The translations under genes were made by a program, and so were the position numbers. Source: an uncultured Gemella sp. (GTDB taxonomy: Bacteria > Bacillota > Bacilli > Staphylococcales > Gemellaceae). From it: a stretch of 64,000 bases of DNA. The stretch is from contig CAURKK010000003.1 of assembly GCA_963525505.1 (NCBI GenBank), forward strand, positions 350 through 64,349. The letters run 5' to 3'. The notes under the pieces were generated by a model, which made no database searches, was not told the DNA's origin, and was given only the letters and a program-made list of their open reading frames with translations. The stretch's first letter is position 1, and each line of letters starts with the position of its first letter. This document shows positions 17,961 through 29,160 of this stretch, in pieces.

Positions 17961-19313
17961 TTAGCTAATTTTTTTCTTAATTCCTTTTCTCATGACTAGA
18001 TAATAAATTAATACTCCTAATGCATATGCTCCTAACCCTATTATCCAACCAATCCATAAACCATCTATTCCAATACCTTTTTTAAATACTAAAAAGTAAG
18101 CTGTTGGAATACCTATCATGTAATAGCCAATAAACATCGCTACACAAATAGGAACTACTTTTTTATAACCACGTAAAACTCCTGCCAAAGCAGAAGCAAA
18201 CGAATCACAAATTGCAAAACCAATAGCAAACAACAATAAATGCGCCGTTAAACTTATAACTCCACCATCATTGCTATATAAATATGGAATTCTATTATCA
18301 AAAAGTAAGACTATTAATCCTGCAACTGATGAAGAACACATGCCTAATATTACACTAAGTGCTGTATAATGTTTCGCCATCTTATAATCTTTAGCTCCTA
18401 CATGAAAAGCGATTATTATAGTAGCCGTATTAGCAACGCTTACTGGTAAAGTATATAGAAAACCAGAAAAATTTAATGCTGCTTGGTGCGATGCTATAAC
18501 CGTAGTATCAAAACGAGACACCATAAGAGATAACGTTGAAAATACCACAGTTTCTAAAGCAGTGGCTAGAGCGATAGGTATCCCCAATTTAAATATTTCT
18601 TTCCAATAATCAAACTTTACTCTTTCTTTTTCAAAAATTTTATATTTATTAATTTTCGGGTGCTTCAAAGTTATAAATAATGCTATAAAAAATAGCACTG
18701 TATATGTTACTGCTACTGCAATAGCATTACCTGCTCCTCCTAACTCAGGCATTCCAAACTTACCAAATATAAAACTATATGAGAAAAACACATTTATTGG
18801 CACTGAAATTATCATCATTATCATAGATAATCTTGTTAATCCCAAACTATCCATAAACGCTCTTAAAACTACATATAAAAATATGGATAATATACCAAAA
18901 CTTTCATAATACAAATAATTTTTAGTTATTGTTGCTATACCTTCTTCCATACCCAAACTATCAACAACTGGAACTGCTAGAGTATTTAGAGCTACTACTA
19001 AAATGATACTTATAAGAATTGCAATATATAAAAACTGTCTAACAGTTGTAGGGATGTCTTCTTCTTTATTTTTTCCGATTAGCTGTGAAACTATTGGAAT
19101 TAATGCTAGGACAATTGCATTTAAAGTATACATAATTGGATTCCAAATATTAACTCCCATACTTACTCCCGCAAGATCTGTTGGACTATAGTGGCCAGCC
19201 ATAAACGTTCCAATCATTCCTGATGAATAGGATACAACTTGATATATAAGTACTGGAATTAATAATTTAATAAATATTAAACCACGTTCTTTTATATTAT
19301 TTCCTTGATACAT
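17961..19313 (-). CDS. MATE family efflux transporter
   Basis: About 12 TM segments, FGKFGMPELGGAG motif. Confidence 0.9.
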   Translation of the reverse strand: MYQGNNIKERGLIFIKLLIPVLIYQVVSYSSGMIGTFMAGHYSPTDLAGVSMGVNIWNPIMYTLNAIVLALIPIVSQLIGKNKEEDIPTTVRQFLYIAILISIILVVALNTLAVPVVDSLGMEEGIATITKNYLYYESFGILSIFLYVVLRAFMDSLGLTRLSMIMMIISVPINVFFSYSFIFGKFGMPELGGAGNAIAVAVTYTVLFFIALFITLKHPKINKYKIFEKERVKFDYWKEIFKLGIPIALATALETVVFSTLSLMVSRFDTTVIASHQAALNFSGFLYTLPVSVANTATIIIAFHVGAKDYKMAKHYTALSVILGMCSSSVAGLIVLLFDNRIPYLYSNDGGVISLTAHLLLFAIGFAICDSFASALAGVLRGYKKVVPICVAMFIGYYMIGIPTAYFLVFKKGIGIDGLWIGWIIGLGAYALGVLIYYLVMRKGIKKKIS

Positions 19314-19409
19314 AAAACCTCCTATATTCTATCTATTTACTTCTAAAAATTTTTAAACACAAAAAAAATCCAAAAGCTAATTTACTTTTAGATATCATCG
19401 ATTTATACT

Positions 19410-19674
19410 ATATGCAACCGAGACTTGAATAGATTAAAAAACCGTTAGTCTAATCGCCAACTCAACCTCAACAAAAACTCACACCCACAATAGACTTACT
19501 TAATGCTGCTTCCTTCCGGACCTGACATGGTTCATAAGTATTGCGTCGTAAGGTGCCTCAGTCTCAACATTACGTGTTAAACTCGACATTCCCTATTCTA
19601 CCCGCATCTCGGTATTCGGTCTTGCTAAAGCGGATTGCAAGTACAGGGCACCGCTAACTCCCCACCTAGCATTT
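19410..19674 (-). ncRNA. ffs: Signal recognition particle RNA, large (Bacillus-type, with Alu domain)
   Basis: Reverse complement has GCTAGGTGGGGAGTTAGCGGTGCCCTGTACTTGCAATCCGC (Alu) and CATGTCAGGTCCGGAAGGAAGCAGCAT (domain IV); ends approximate. Confidence 0.92.
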
Positions 19675-19809
19675 TTTAATTATATCAAATTTAAATATAA
19701 AAAGCAAGGGATTAAATAAGTTTCAGAACAAAATAAACTCTACATCAGAAAATTCACTATTAATTTTACAATTAATTGAAATATCCTAATTTTGGAGTTT
19801 ATTAGTAAT

Positions 19810-20070
19810 TTATTTTTTTAATCTAGCTAATTCACTAATATCTAATATACATTCATCTTTACTCACAACTAAACAAGGAATACCAATTTTCATATTACCT
19901 CTTATACCTTCAAATTGTGAATATGTATCTCTAACGAATAAAAACTCTTTAAAATTCTTTAATGAAGTCATAACTTCTACTTCTTTGTAAGTTATCCCTA
20001 ATTCTGATAATTTTTCTTTAAATGGTGCAGTATCTGGACAAGTTTCTGCAAAATATAAAATATATTCCAT
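19810..20070 (-). CDS. Glutaredoxin-like protein
   Basis: CPDT motif and IGIPCLV. Confidence 0.75.
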   Translation of the reverse strand: MEYILYFAETCPDTAPFKEKLSELGITYKEVEVMTSLKNFKEFLFVRDTYSQFEGIRGNMKIGIPCLVVSKDECILDISELARLKK

Positions 20071-20112
20071 AATAATCTCCTTTTATAAATTCATAATATT
20101 ATTATAACACTT

Positions 20113-20562
20113 TTATCGTTTTCTTTGTATTTTTACCCTCTGGATTGAAGCTGAAAATACCGATGCTAATAAGATTCCCATAGCAATTGCCCCTGCCTGA
20201 AGAATAGTTTCAATTCCTACTTGAGATGCTACACTATAATTTTTAGTCACAATATTTTGCATTGTATTATACATACCATATCCAGGAACTAACGGTACCA
20301 TCCCTGTATAAATAAATATGGTAGCTGGAAGTTTTAAAAACCTAGATGCATTTGTTGATAATATTCCTACACATACCGCACCTAGAAAACTACTTACTAC
20401 AACATCCGTTAATAACAAATTAGCCACTACTTGAACTAACCAACCGATAGCACCAATAAGTCCACAAGTAAATAATGATCGTTTAGGAGCATTAAAGAAA
20501 ATTGCAAAAGCTATACTGACTACAAAACCTGCTATAAACTGTATAAAAACACTATTTTCCAT
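20113..20562 (-). CDS. Threonine/serine exporter family (ThrE_2) subunit
   Basis: FAIFFNAP, PLVPG motifs. Confidence 0.85.
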   Translation of the reverse strand: MENSVFIQFIAGFVVSIAFAIFFNAPKRSLFTCGLIGAIGWLVQVVANLLLTDVVVSSFLGAVCVGILSTNASRFLKLPATIFIYTGMVPLVPGYGMYNTMQNIVTKNYSVASQVGIETILQAGAIAMGILLASVFSASIQRVKIQRKR

Positions 20563-20572
20563 AATTTTCTCC

Positions 20573-21343
20573 TTATACTAATTTTAATCCCATTACTACT
20601 CCAAGTGCGATGGCAGTGGACACGAAAATTGCAGCTTGTATTCCTATCATCCCAGATAGATAATCACCAGCCATGAAATCACGAACAGCATTTGTAACCT
20701 GTACGCCTGGTACAAGTGGCATCAAACTCACAATAATTATACTAAAAGGATTATGAATAAAGAAAAACTTATTTAATACCATAACCAATATAGTAGATAT
20801 AAATGCACCTAAAAAATTGCTCACAAAGGACGTTAGTTTATATTTTGCGGTTAAAATTAAGAACATAGCTTCAATGGCCATGATAAAGAAGGCGAATAAA
20901 CTATCCTTAAATGTACCACCAAACATTATTGCGAAAAATGGAGCTGACATCATTAAAGCAGGAATCACAATATATGAAGAATATCTACTTTTAGCTTTAA
21001 TTTCCTTCATTTTTTTAAATGCATAATCTAAAGTACATCCACCCATTACCATTTTTCTAGATATGTCGTTCAAAAGTGCTATTTTTTCTAAATCACGATC
21101 ACCTAAAATTACCCTACGCATTGCCGTATATGTATTATCATTATATGTAAAAGATACAATAACAAAATTATACGTAACCAAACTGTTAGCTGCTTTAATA
21201 TTGTCAAAAGATTTATAAATTCTATTTACTGTATCTTCAACTCTATATACCTCTGCTCCATAAGATAACATACTCTTAGCTATTTTTACACTAAAATTTA
21301 ATAACTTTTTAGCTTCTTTTTCATCATGTAAAGACTGCAACAT
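20573..21343 (-). CDS. Threonine/serine exporter family (ThrE) subunit
   Basis: GAEVYRVEDT, PLVPG, NAVRD motifs. Confidence 0.85.
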   Translation of the reverse strand: MLQSLHDEKEAKKLLNFSVKIAKSMLSYGAEVYRVEDTVNRIYKSFDNIKAANSLVTYNFVIVSFTYNDNTYTAMRRVILGDRDLEKIALLNDISRKMVMGGCTLDYAFKKMKEIKAKSRYSSYIVIPALMMSAPFFAIMFGGTFKDSLFAFFIMAIEAMFLILTAKYKLTSFVSNFLGAFISTILVMVLNKFFFIHNPFSIIIVSLMPLVPGVQVTNAVRDFMAGDYLSGMIGIQAAIFVSTAIALGVVMGLKLV

Positions 21344-21366
21344 ATCATTCCCTCCTTTAAAAAATG

Positions 21367-22047
21367 TTAAGAAATAATTTCTAGTATCTTAGTATATTTA
21401 TTTTTAAACTCTATTACCTTATTTTCTTGAACTTCATTTGCTTTTTCTAATTGACTTAAAATATATTCGATTTTCGAAAGTTCTTGTTTTTGTTTTTTTA
21501 CAAACAATTCATTTTTTTCTAGTGATAAAAACTTTCCAAAATTAATTTCGTCTTCAGATAACTTCATTTTACCAGGTTTTGCAACGATAATTTCATAAAT
21601 ATGTCCATCTTCTTCAATAATATTTTCTGCTGTAATTTTATACTCTAACTCTTGTAACTTTTCTCTAACAAAATTTTCTCCAACATTTGGTTGTAAAATT
21701 AAATTAGGTTTATTAGCTAATTTCTCTTTTCCTTTTTCTAATATATCTGCTATTAGTTTTCCACCCATACCACAAATTGTTATTACTTCAATATTATCAC
21801 TTAATTCAATAGCATCTAATCCAGCAGCTTTGCGACAATCAATTGTACCAACAAGATTCTCTTCTATAACATTTTTTATAGAAACCTTATGCGGACCTTC
21901 TACTATTTCTCCAGCTACAGCATAATCTATTTTATTGTTTTTAGCTAAATAAATCGGTAAATATGCATGGTCACTACCGATATCTGCTAATCTTTTATTT
22001 TCTACATATGTAGCTACTAATTGTAACCTCTTATTAATTGCTAACAT
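21367..22047 (-). CDS. trmK: tRNA (adenine22-N1)-methyltransferase
   Basis: ADIGSDHAYLP, ICGMGG, LILQPN; start probably 22047. Confidence 0.92.
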   Translation of the reverse strand: MLAINKRLQLVATYVENKRLADIGSDHAYLPIYLAKNNKIDYAVAGEIVEGPHKVSIKNVIEENLVGTIDCRKAAGLDAIELSDNIEVITICGMGGKLIADILEKGKEKLANKPNLILQPNVGENFVREKLQELEYKITAENIIEEDGHIYEIIVAKPGKMKLSEDEINFGKFLSLEKNELFVKKQKQELSKIEYILSQLEKANEVQENKVIEFKNKYTKILEIIS

Positions 22048-22063
22048 CTTATCTCCTTTATTA

Positions 22064-23272
22064 CTAATCAAGAAAATCTTTGCTAAAACTTGTTGTAATT
22101 ATAGATTTTCCTTTTTTATCAAAATTTTCGAAATCAGTTATTATTGTATCACCGAACTCCGCTTTTAATTTCTTAGAAAGCTTTCTAAGTTTTTCTTCTT
22201 CTTTATAATCTTTTTTGTCAAAAATATCAAGTTGAACCTTTAATTCTTTTGATTTTTTTATATCATTTAACGATACTCCAAGTAATCTTAGCCCTTGGCT
22301 AAAATCATAATGTTCTAGTACCAGCTCCCACGCATAATTAAAAATATCATTTGTACTAGATATAAACTCTGGAATCTTTTTTGATCTAGTAATTGTTTTA
22401 AAATCACTAAATCTTATCATAATTGAAATATTGTTTCCAACGTAGTCCCGCGACTGTACTCTTGCACTGACTTTTCCACTTAATTTTTTAATTTCTTTTA
22501 GTATATCATCTTCATCTATTAAATCTTTTGTAAATGTTTTTGAATTACCTATAGACTTTCTATCAATCGTATATTTCAGTTCAGAACTCCCTTCACCATT
22601 AGCCTTGTTCTTTAATCTCAAACCTTGAACTCCTAATAAGCTATGAAGGATTACCTCATTTGCCACAGCTACGTCACCAATTGTATTTATCCCAATATTT
22701 TTTAATTTCTTAGTAGAAGCTTTACCACAACCGTGCATTTCTCCTATATCCATATTCCATAAAATTTCTTTATAATTTTTTTTATTAATAATTGAAAAAC
22801 CTAAAGGTTTTTTCAAATTAGAGCCCATTTTCGCAAAAAATTTATTAAATGAAACTCCTACTGACGAAGGCATACCTAATTGTTTATAAATTCTTCTTTG
22901 AATTGTTGCTATAACTTTTATTGGTTCTGTAAAATCACTTAAATCTATATATGCTTCATCAACAGAAACTATCTCAATCTTATCTGTATACTCACGTACT
23001 AAATCAAAAATTAATTTAGATTCTTGTTGATACTTTGGCATATCAGGACGAAGAATTTTTATATTAGGGCATATTTTCCTAGCGTCGCCTACTCGCATAG
23101 TTGTTTTAATCCCTAGATTTCTCGCTTCATAATTTGAGGTTACTATTATTCCATGTCTAGTTTTCACTTCTCCCGCTATTGCCAAAGGCTTACCTTTTAA
23201 TTCAGGATTATACTTTTCTTCTACACTGGCATAAAAACAATTCATATCGATGTGAGCAATAACTTTAGACAT
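22064..23272 (-). CDS. dinB: DNA polymerase IV
   Basis: HIDMNCFYASVE, SNYEAR, SVDEAY; start probably MSKV at 23272. Confidence 0.93.
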   Translation of the reverse strand: MSKVIAHIDMNCFYASVEEKYNPELKGKPLAIAGEVKTRHGIIVTSNYEARNLGIKTTMRVGDARKICPNIKILRPDMPKYQQESKLIFDLVREYTDKIEIVSVDEAYIDLSDFTEPIKVIATIQRRIYKQLGMPSSVGVSFNKFFAKMGSNLKKPLGFSIINKKNYKEILWNMDIGEMHGCGKASTKKLKNIGINTIGDVAVANEVILHSLLGVQGLRLKNKANGEGSSELKYTIDRKSIGNSKTFTKDLIDEDDILKEIKKLSGKVSARVQSRDYVGNNISIMIRFSDFKTITRSKKIPEFISSTNDIFNYAWELVLEHYDFSQGLRLLGVSLNDIKKSKELKVQLDIFDKKDYKEEEKLRKLSKKLKAEFGDTIITDFENFDKKGKSIITTSFSKDFLD

Positions 23273-23300
23273 TTTTTCACCCCTTTTAAATAGACTAAAA

Positions 23301-23377
23301 ACGGGAACAATAAGGAGCAATTCAAACTTGACTTTATAGCAAAATCATTTGAGTTGTTCCTTATTCCGATTTCCCGT
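23301..23377. repeat. Long intergenic imperfect palindrome (SPRITE/STAR-like family member)
   Basis: AATAAGGAGCAATTCAAA / TTTGAGTTGTTCCTTATT plus outer ACGGGAA/TTCCCGT. Confidence 0.5.
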
Positions 23378-23389
23378 TATATTTTATTA

Positions 23390-25252
23390 CTAAATTAATG
23401 AAAAGTTAATAATTATTATTGGTTTTCTCTTAGTATTATCATACAGTAAGCTAGAAAGCATACTTCTAATTTCTGCTTTAATCGCCGCACATTCTCTAAT
23501 ATTTTTAATAGGATTATTTTCCAAATACTCTATTACTTTTTCTTCAGCTTCTTTTATTAGTTCCATACTTTTCTTAACATAGACAAAACCTTTTGTTTGA
23601 ATAACAGGTCTTCCTACCAAAGTCTTCTCTTTTCTACTAATAGCATATGAAGCTACAAAAATACCATCGTTTGATAGTAATTTTCTATCTTTTAATACAC
23701 TATCTTCAACATCACCTATACCACGACCATCTACTAGAATATTTCCTACTGGAATATTATTTTGTAATGTTTTAGATTTGTTACCACTTAATTCTAAAGT
23801 CGTTCCTTTTGCTAAAATGTGAATATTCTCAGCAACTACTCCAGTCTCCGCTGCAATCTCAGCATGTTTACGAAGGTTTCTAAATTCTCCTTGAACCGGA
23901 ATAAAGTGCTTAGGCATAAGCATGTTTAACATCATTTTTAATTCTTCTTTTGTTGCATGACTAGCTGCATGTAGACGTTTAGAAGCTGTCACTACATTTG
24001 CTCCTAGTTTAACTAGTAAATTCAATGTTTGGAATAGCATAACTTCCATATTAGGAGAGGGTGTAGCAGCTATCATAATTGTATCACCCGATTCAATTTG
24101 AATTCCATCAATTTTCTTCTCAGCAATATTCTTCATAGCTTCTATTGGTTCCCCTTGATCACCTGAAGAAAGAATACATACTTCATTTTGCGGATAATTT
24201 TTTAATTCTTCAATAGAGATTAAATTACTATCTTCAATTTGTAAATAATTCATATTTCTAGCTGTATTGATAGATGCTTCTATAGCTTGACCTAAAAGTA
24301 AAATCTTTCTATTTTGTGCTAATGCTGCTCTTACAATATGAGAAATTGTTAAGAAGTTAGATGCATAACACGTTACTATAATACGCTTATTAGCTTGATA
24401 AAAAGCATTATCAATTTGTTCAGCAGCTTCATTTTCAGGAACATTATATCCTTTAACATTAGCGTTACTTGAATCACTTAATAAAGCAAGAACTCCTTTT
24501 TGACCCAACGTACTTATTTTTACTATATCAGATCTATATTCTTTGCTAACAGATTGATCGAATTTAAATTCCCCAGTATAAACAATATTTCCTTGATTAG
24601 TCTCAATACAAATACCTAAAGAATCAGGCATTGAGTATGTAGTTTTGAAAAATGTTACACTTGCATTATTAAAATCATATTTATTATTATCTTTTACATA
24701 ATAGAATTTAATTCTCTTTTTAATACCTAACTGTTTAAGATGATTTTTTAATAAATCTATTGTCAGTTTTGATCCGTACACTGGGCATTTTAATTTATCA
24801 ATAATATATGGTACAGCACCCATAGAACTAACGTGTCCATTAGATAAAAATAATCCTTTTATCTTTTGTTTATTACGCACTAAATAACTTATATCAGGTA
24901 TAACGGCATCTATACCAATCATCTCTGTTTCAGGGAACATTAAACCAGCATCAAGAACATAAATCTCATCCCCAATTTCAACCATATACATGTTTTTAGC
25001 TACCTCTTCTACACCTCCTAATGGTGTAATACGAATTTTAGCTAATTTTTTTGTCTTATTTTGTTGAATTTTATCTTTATTTGAATTATTAATTTTTTTA
25101 ATTACTTGTTTAGTATTATTCTTTTGCTCTTTTGTTACAACTTTATTCTGATTTACAGATTTTTTATTATTTTTTTTATTCACTTGTGTATTATTTTTTT
25201 TACTGTTGTTGCTTTGTAAATTTTTAGCAATACTTATTCCGTTATTATTCAT
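23390..25252 (-). CDS. rnj: Ribonuclease J family (J2-like, degenerate active site)
   Basis: ITPLGGVEEVAKNM, beta-CASP organisation; HxHxDH replaced by NGHVSS. Confidence 0.88.
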   Translation of the reverse strand: MNNNGISIAKNLQSNNSKKNNTQVNKKNNKKSVNQNKVVTKEQKNNTKQVIKKINNSNKDKIQQNKTKKLAKIRITPLGGVEEVAKNMYMVEIGDEIYVLDAGLMFPETEMIGIDAVIPDISYLVRNKQKIKGLFLSNGHVSSMGAVPYIIDKLKCPVYGSKLTIDLLKNHLKQLGIKKRIKFYYVKDNNKYDFNNASVTFFKTTYSMPDSLGICIETNQGNIVYTGEFKFDQSVSKEYRSDIVKISTLGQKGVLALLSDSSNANVKGYNVPENEAAEQIDNAFYQANKRIIVTCYASNFLTISHIVRAALAQNRKILLLGQAIEASINTARNMNYLQIEDSNLISIEELKNYPQNEVCILSSGDQGEPIEAMKNIAEKKIDGIQIESGDTIMIAATPSPNMEVMLFQTLNLLVKLGANVVTASKRLHAASHATKEELKMMLNMLMPKHFIPVQGEFRNLRKHAEIAAETGVVAENIHILAKGTTLELSGNKSKTLQNNIPVGNILVDGRGIGDVEDSVLKDRKLLSNDGIFVASYAISRKEKTLVGRPVIQTKGFVYVKKSMELIKEAEEKVIEYLENNPIKNIRECAAIKAEIRSMLSSLLYDNTKRKPIIIINFSLI

Positions 25253-26021
25253 GTTTTCCTCCTTGTATCATTGATTTTATTGGTTCGAAGTCTCTTCTAT
25301 GAATTGGAGTTATACCATATTCTTTTAGACCCTCTAAATGTTTCTTTGTTCCGTATCCAGCATTATTCTCAAAATCATAATATGGATATTTTTTTGCATA
25401 TTCTTTCATTAAATTGTCACGGTGAACCTTGGCAATAACTGAAGCTGCGGCTATTGAAACACTCTTCTCATCGCCTTTAACCATGCTGAAATTAGAAATT
25501 GGATAATTTTCAAATGGCATAGCATCAATAAGTAGAAAATCTGGTTTAACTTCTAATTTTTCTACCGCCCTTTGCATTGCTATACGTGCTGCATTATAAA
25601 TATTAAATTTTTCAATTTCAATATTATCTACTTCACAAGTAGCATATGCTACTGCTTCTTGTTTTATTTGTTCGTACAATTCTTCTCGTTTTTTTTCTGA
25701 TAATTTCTTCGAATCATTTAATCCTTCGAAATAGCTATCTTTTTTTAAAATTACCGCTGCAGCAACTACTGGTCCTGCGAGTGGTCCTCTACCAACTTCA
25801 TCTATTCCGCAAATATACTTACACCCATTATTATAACATTTATTCTCGTAAAATGATTTTTTTTCATACTCTTTTTTATAAAAAAGTTTTTTCTCTTGTT
25901 TTTTAGCATAACTTTGTAGTAATTTTTGAACCCCGGTTCTTTCGTCTTTTTTTAGTTCATTTAACATTTCCTCGGAAATGACTTCTTGATTTAAGAGTTC
26001 TTTTACCTCACTAATTTTCAT
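25245..26021 (-). CDS. rnhB: Ribonuclease HII
   Basis: GIDEVGRGPLAGPVV, DSKKL, SIAAASVIAK. Confidence 0.96.
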   Translation of the reverse strand: MKISEVKELLNQEVISEEMLNELKKDERTGVQKLLQSYAKKQEKKLFYKKEYEKKSFYENKCYNNGCKYICGIDEVGRGPLAGPVVAAAVILKKDSYFEGLNDSKKLSEKKREELYEQIKQEAVAYATCEVDNIEIEKFNIYNAARIAMQRAVEKLEVKPDFLLIDAMPFENYPISNFSMVKGDEKSVSIAAASVIAKVHRDNLMKEYAKKYPYYDFENNAGYGTKKHLEGLKEYGITPIHRRDFEPIKSMIQGGKHE

Positions 26022-26889
26022 TTTGTTCCTCGTTTTCTAATAAATCATTATAATTATCTAAAGTAATAAGTCCAAATTTTTGTGTTCTAAAATCTTGAAT
26101 TAACAGCTTAATTGTTGATTCATAGTCATAGTCTCCACCAATTTTTTTGAATCTTCTCTCTGCTACTTTTTCCATGATAGATACATTCTCATCTTCGCTA
26201 GTAACATTTATCTTATAAAGATTATTTAGATTCTCTAAATAACTTTGTTTTAAAAGTTCTATTAAGTATAAACTCACATCATCAAGAGGTGTTATATCAT
26301 CTTTTATAGATCCTATTAAACTCAATTTCTTACCAATCTCTTGATTATCAAACTTAGGCATAAGAATTCCTGGGGTATCTAGTAATTCTATATCTTTATT
26401 TAGTTTTAACCATTGTTGTTTTTTTGTAACACCTGGTTTATTAGCTGTATTAGCGATATTTTTCTTAATAAGTTTATTAATAAATGTAGATTTCCCAACG
26501 TTCGGGACTCCGATTACCATTGATCTAATTGCTCTTGGTTTTATACCCTTCGCTACTTGACGAGCGATTTTTTCAGCAAGTTCCTCTTTAGCTTTATCAA
26601 TTACTTTGTTCAAGTTATTACTATTTTTCGCATCGGTATACACTACAGTATAACCCTTATTCTCAAAGTAGCTTTTCCACTTTGCTGTCTCAGCTCTATC
26701 ACATAAATCGATTTTATTAAATATAATTATTTTTTTCTTATCTTTAACAACTTCATCTAGGTACATATTATGTGATGAAAGAGGACAACGTGCATCAACT
26801 AATTCAAATACTATGTCCACTAATTTTAGCTTTTCTTTAACTTCTCTTGTTGCCTTGGCCATATGACCTGGAAACCATTGAATAACCAT
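26011..26889 (-). CDS. rbgA: Ribosome biogenesis GTPase RbgA/YlqF
   Basis: IQWFPGHMAKA, GVPNVGKS, LLDTPG. Confidence 0.96.
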   Translation of the reverse strand: MVIQWFPGHMAKATREVKEKLKLVDIVFELVDARCPLSSHNMYLDEVVKDKKKIIIFNKIDLCDRAETAKWKSYFENKGYTVVYTDAKNSNNLNKVIDKAKEELAEKIARQVAKGIKPRAIRSMVIGVPNVGKSTFINKLIKKNIANTANKPGVTKKQQWLKLNKDIELLDTPGILMPKFDNQEIGKKLSLIGSIKDDITPLDDVSLYLIELLKQSYLENLNNLYKINVTSEDENVSIMEKVAERRFKKIGGDYDYESTIKLLIQDFRTQKFGLITLDNYNDLLENEEQNEN

Positions 26890-27127
26890 AAATTTAACTC
26901 CTTATATTTTTATTTTATAAATTCTACTATTTTATACAGTCTTTTCTATTTTACCACATTTTTGAGTTTTTTTAACCTATTTTAGTGTTAATTATTCGTA
27001 AAACATTAATATTTTATAATTTTTATAACTAACAATTTAGAAGATCGTTCATAATTTATCAATATACATTAGTTCATTTATGTAAAAACAAAAAAACAAG
27101 ATAGCTATGCTACCTTGTTCTTCGTAA

Positions 27128-27790
27128 TTATCTTTTATCTACTTTCTTAACAATTGTATCACCCAGAATTTGAACAGCAAATACAATAATTAATATTAAA
27201 ACTGTTGCAACAAATGTTAAAGTACTGTTATTTCGTTGGAATCCGTCTAAGTAAGCTAAGTTACCTAGTCCTCCGGCTCCAATTACCCCTGCCATTGCAG
27301 TTGATCCAACTAAAGCAATTGCTGTAACAGTCAACCCTGAAATTATCGCTGGTAAACTCTCTGGAATTAGAACTTTCAAGATAATAGTTGAGTTTTTAGC
27401 TCCCATTGCACGTGCTGCTTCTATTACACCTTTATCTACTTCACGTAGACCAATCTCTACTAAACGAGCATAGAATGGCGCTGCAGAAATAATAAGTGCT
27501 GGAATCGCCGCTTGCACACCGATAATTGTACCAATTAACACCTTAGTAAATGGAATTAATAATACAATCAAGATAATAAATGGAATAGCTCTGAAAATAT
27601 TAACAATCGCTGTAACAACTGCATAAAAACCACGTCCAAATGTACTCTTACTATTAGATGTTAAATATAATAACAACCCTAAAAATAATCCAACAACAAA
27701 CACTGCAATAAGTGACTCAAAAGTCATAATAAGTGTTTCAATTGTTTTATCTTGTACTTTATCCCAATTAACTCTTGCAAAATCAAACAT
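27128..27790 (-). CDS. metI: Methionine ABC transporter permease
   Basis: RAIPFIIL, EAARAMGA, GAGGLG. Confidence 0.9.
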   Translation of the reverse strand: MFDFARVNWDKVQDKTIETLIMTFESLIAVFVVGLFLGLLLYLTSNSKSTFGRGFYAVVTAIVNIFRAIPFIILIVLLIPFTKVLIGTIIGVQAAIPALIISAAPFYARLVEIGLREVDKGVIEAARAMGAKNSTIILKVLIPESLPAIISGLTVTAIALVGSTAMAGVIGAGGLGNLAYLDGFQRNNSTLTFVATVLILIIVFAVQILGDTIVKKVDKR

Positions 27791-28803
27791 TATAACACCT
27801 CCGTTAATATACCTAGTTCATTCAATCTAGATATTACTTTATCTGTATTCTCTTTAGAGCCAATTAACTGAACAAATAGTGTTCCAATATTAGCATTTGC
27901 TGTTTTATCTATATGTCCATTAATAATATTAAAATCAAAATCAATTTCTTTTAATAACATACTAAGAATAGGTTTCTTCGATGTATTGTTATCAAAAGTA
28001 AACTTAATAATAACACCATCTGTAAACACTTTTTTCCATTCCTCAATATTTTCTCTCTCTTCAAATTCTGAAGCAAATGATGTTTGAGATAGGAATTTTT
28101 TCGTAACTTCTTGTGTTGGGTGATAGAACACTTCTGAAACTAATCCATTCTCTGCAATTGTTCCACCATCTATAACTGCCACTTTTGTACAAATCGTTTT
28201 AATAACATTCATTTCGTGAGTAATCAAAACAACAGTTATATTAGTTTTATTATGAATTTCTTTAATAAGATTTAACACCTCTGCAGTTGTTTCTGGATCA
28301 AGTGCACTTGTTGCTTCATCACAAAGCAAAATAGAAGGATTCCCTGCTAATGCACGAGCAATACCTACTCTTTGTTTTTGGCCACCAGAAAGTTGAGAGG
28401 GATAAGCATGCAGTCTGTCTTCTAAACCTACTAATTTAGCAAGTTCTTCTACTCTTTCTTTAATTTCAGTCTTTGATTTCCCTAATATTTCTAATGGAAA
28501 TGCAATATTTTCCGCAACTGTTCTACTCCAAAGTAAATTGAAGTGTTGGAAAATCATTCCAATTCTTTGGCGTTTTAATCTACGTTGTTCTTCAGTAATT
28601 TTGTTAAAATCATCTCCATCAATAATTACCTCACCATCTGTTGCTACCTCAAGTCCGTTTAACAATCTTACTAACGTACTTTTCCCAGCTCCAGAATAAC
28701 CAATTATTCCGTAAATATCACCTTTTTCAACTTTTAAATTAATATCTTTTAGCGCATGAACTTTATTATTATATATCTTATTAACTTTTTTTAATTCAAT
28801 CAT
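27790..28803 (-). CDS. metN: Methionine ABC transporter ATP-binding protein
   Basis: GYSGAGKS, LSGGQKQRV, CDEATSALDP, C-terminal NIL domain. Confidence 0.93.
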   Translation of the reverse strand: MIELKKVNKIYNNKVHALKDINLKVEKGDIYGIIGYSGAGKSTLVRLLNGLEVATDGEVIIDGDDFNKITEEQRRLKRQRIGMIFQHFNLLWSRTVAENIAFPLEILGKSKTEIKERVEELAKLVGLEDRLHAYPSQLSGGQKQRVGIARALAGNPSILLCDEATSALDPETTAEVLNLIKEIHNKTNITVVLITHEMNVIKTICTKVAVIDGGTIAENGLVSEVFYHPTQEVTKKFLSQTSFASEFEERENIEEWKKVFTDGVIIKFTFDNNTSKKPILSMLLKEIDFDFNIINGHIDKTANANIGTLFVQLIGSKENTDKVISRLNELGILTEVL

Positions 28804-28829
28804 GTCTATCTCCTTTCTTATTTTAAAAT

Positions 28830-29070
28830 AAAAAACACCCTTACTCTGAAATTCAGAATAAGGGCGTTATACGCGGTACCACCTTATATTTTACTTATTA
28901 CAACTACTAACATAGTCTATCCTATAACGTGGATTAGCGAACAAAGTTTACAATTTATGTTTACCTTATTAACCACTCGAACCATTTTCCTAGACTTTAT
29001 AATATACCTTTTCAGCTAACGGTACTCTCTTTAAAAATTCCATCTATTACTTATACGAGTATTGGTTTCT
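28830..29070 (-). promoter_or_regulatory. Met-specific T-box riboswitch
   Basis: Minus strand AGAGA..GCTGA stem I, specifier context GGAAAATGG (AUG), T-box AAGGTGGTACCGCG, terminator CCCTTA../TAAGGGTGTTTTT. Confidence 0.88.
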
Positions 29071-29160
29071 ATTAATTTCTAATTAGTATAACACTATATT
29101 TTTCTGGTGTCAAGGGAAGATTTTTGAAAACATTCAAGAAAAAAATCTGAAAATAATATT

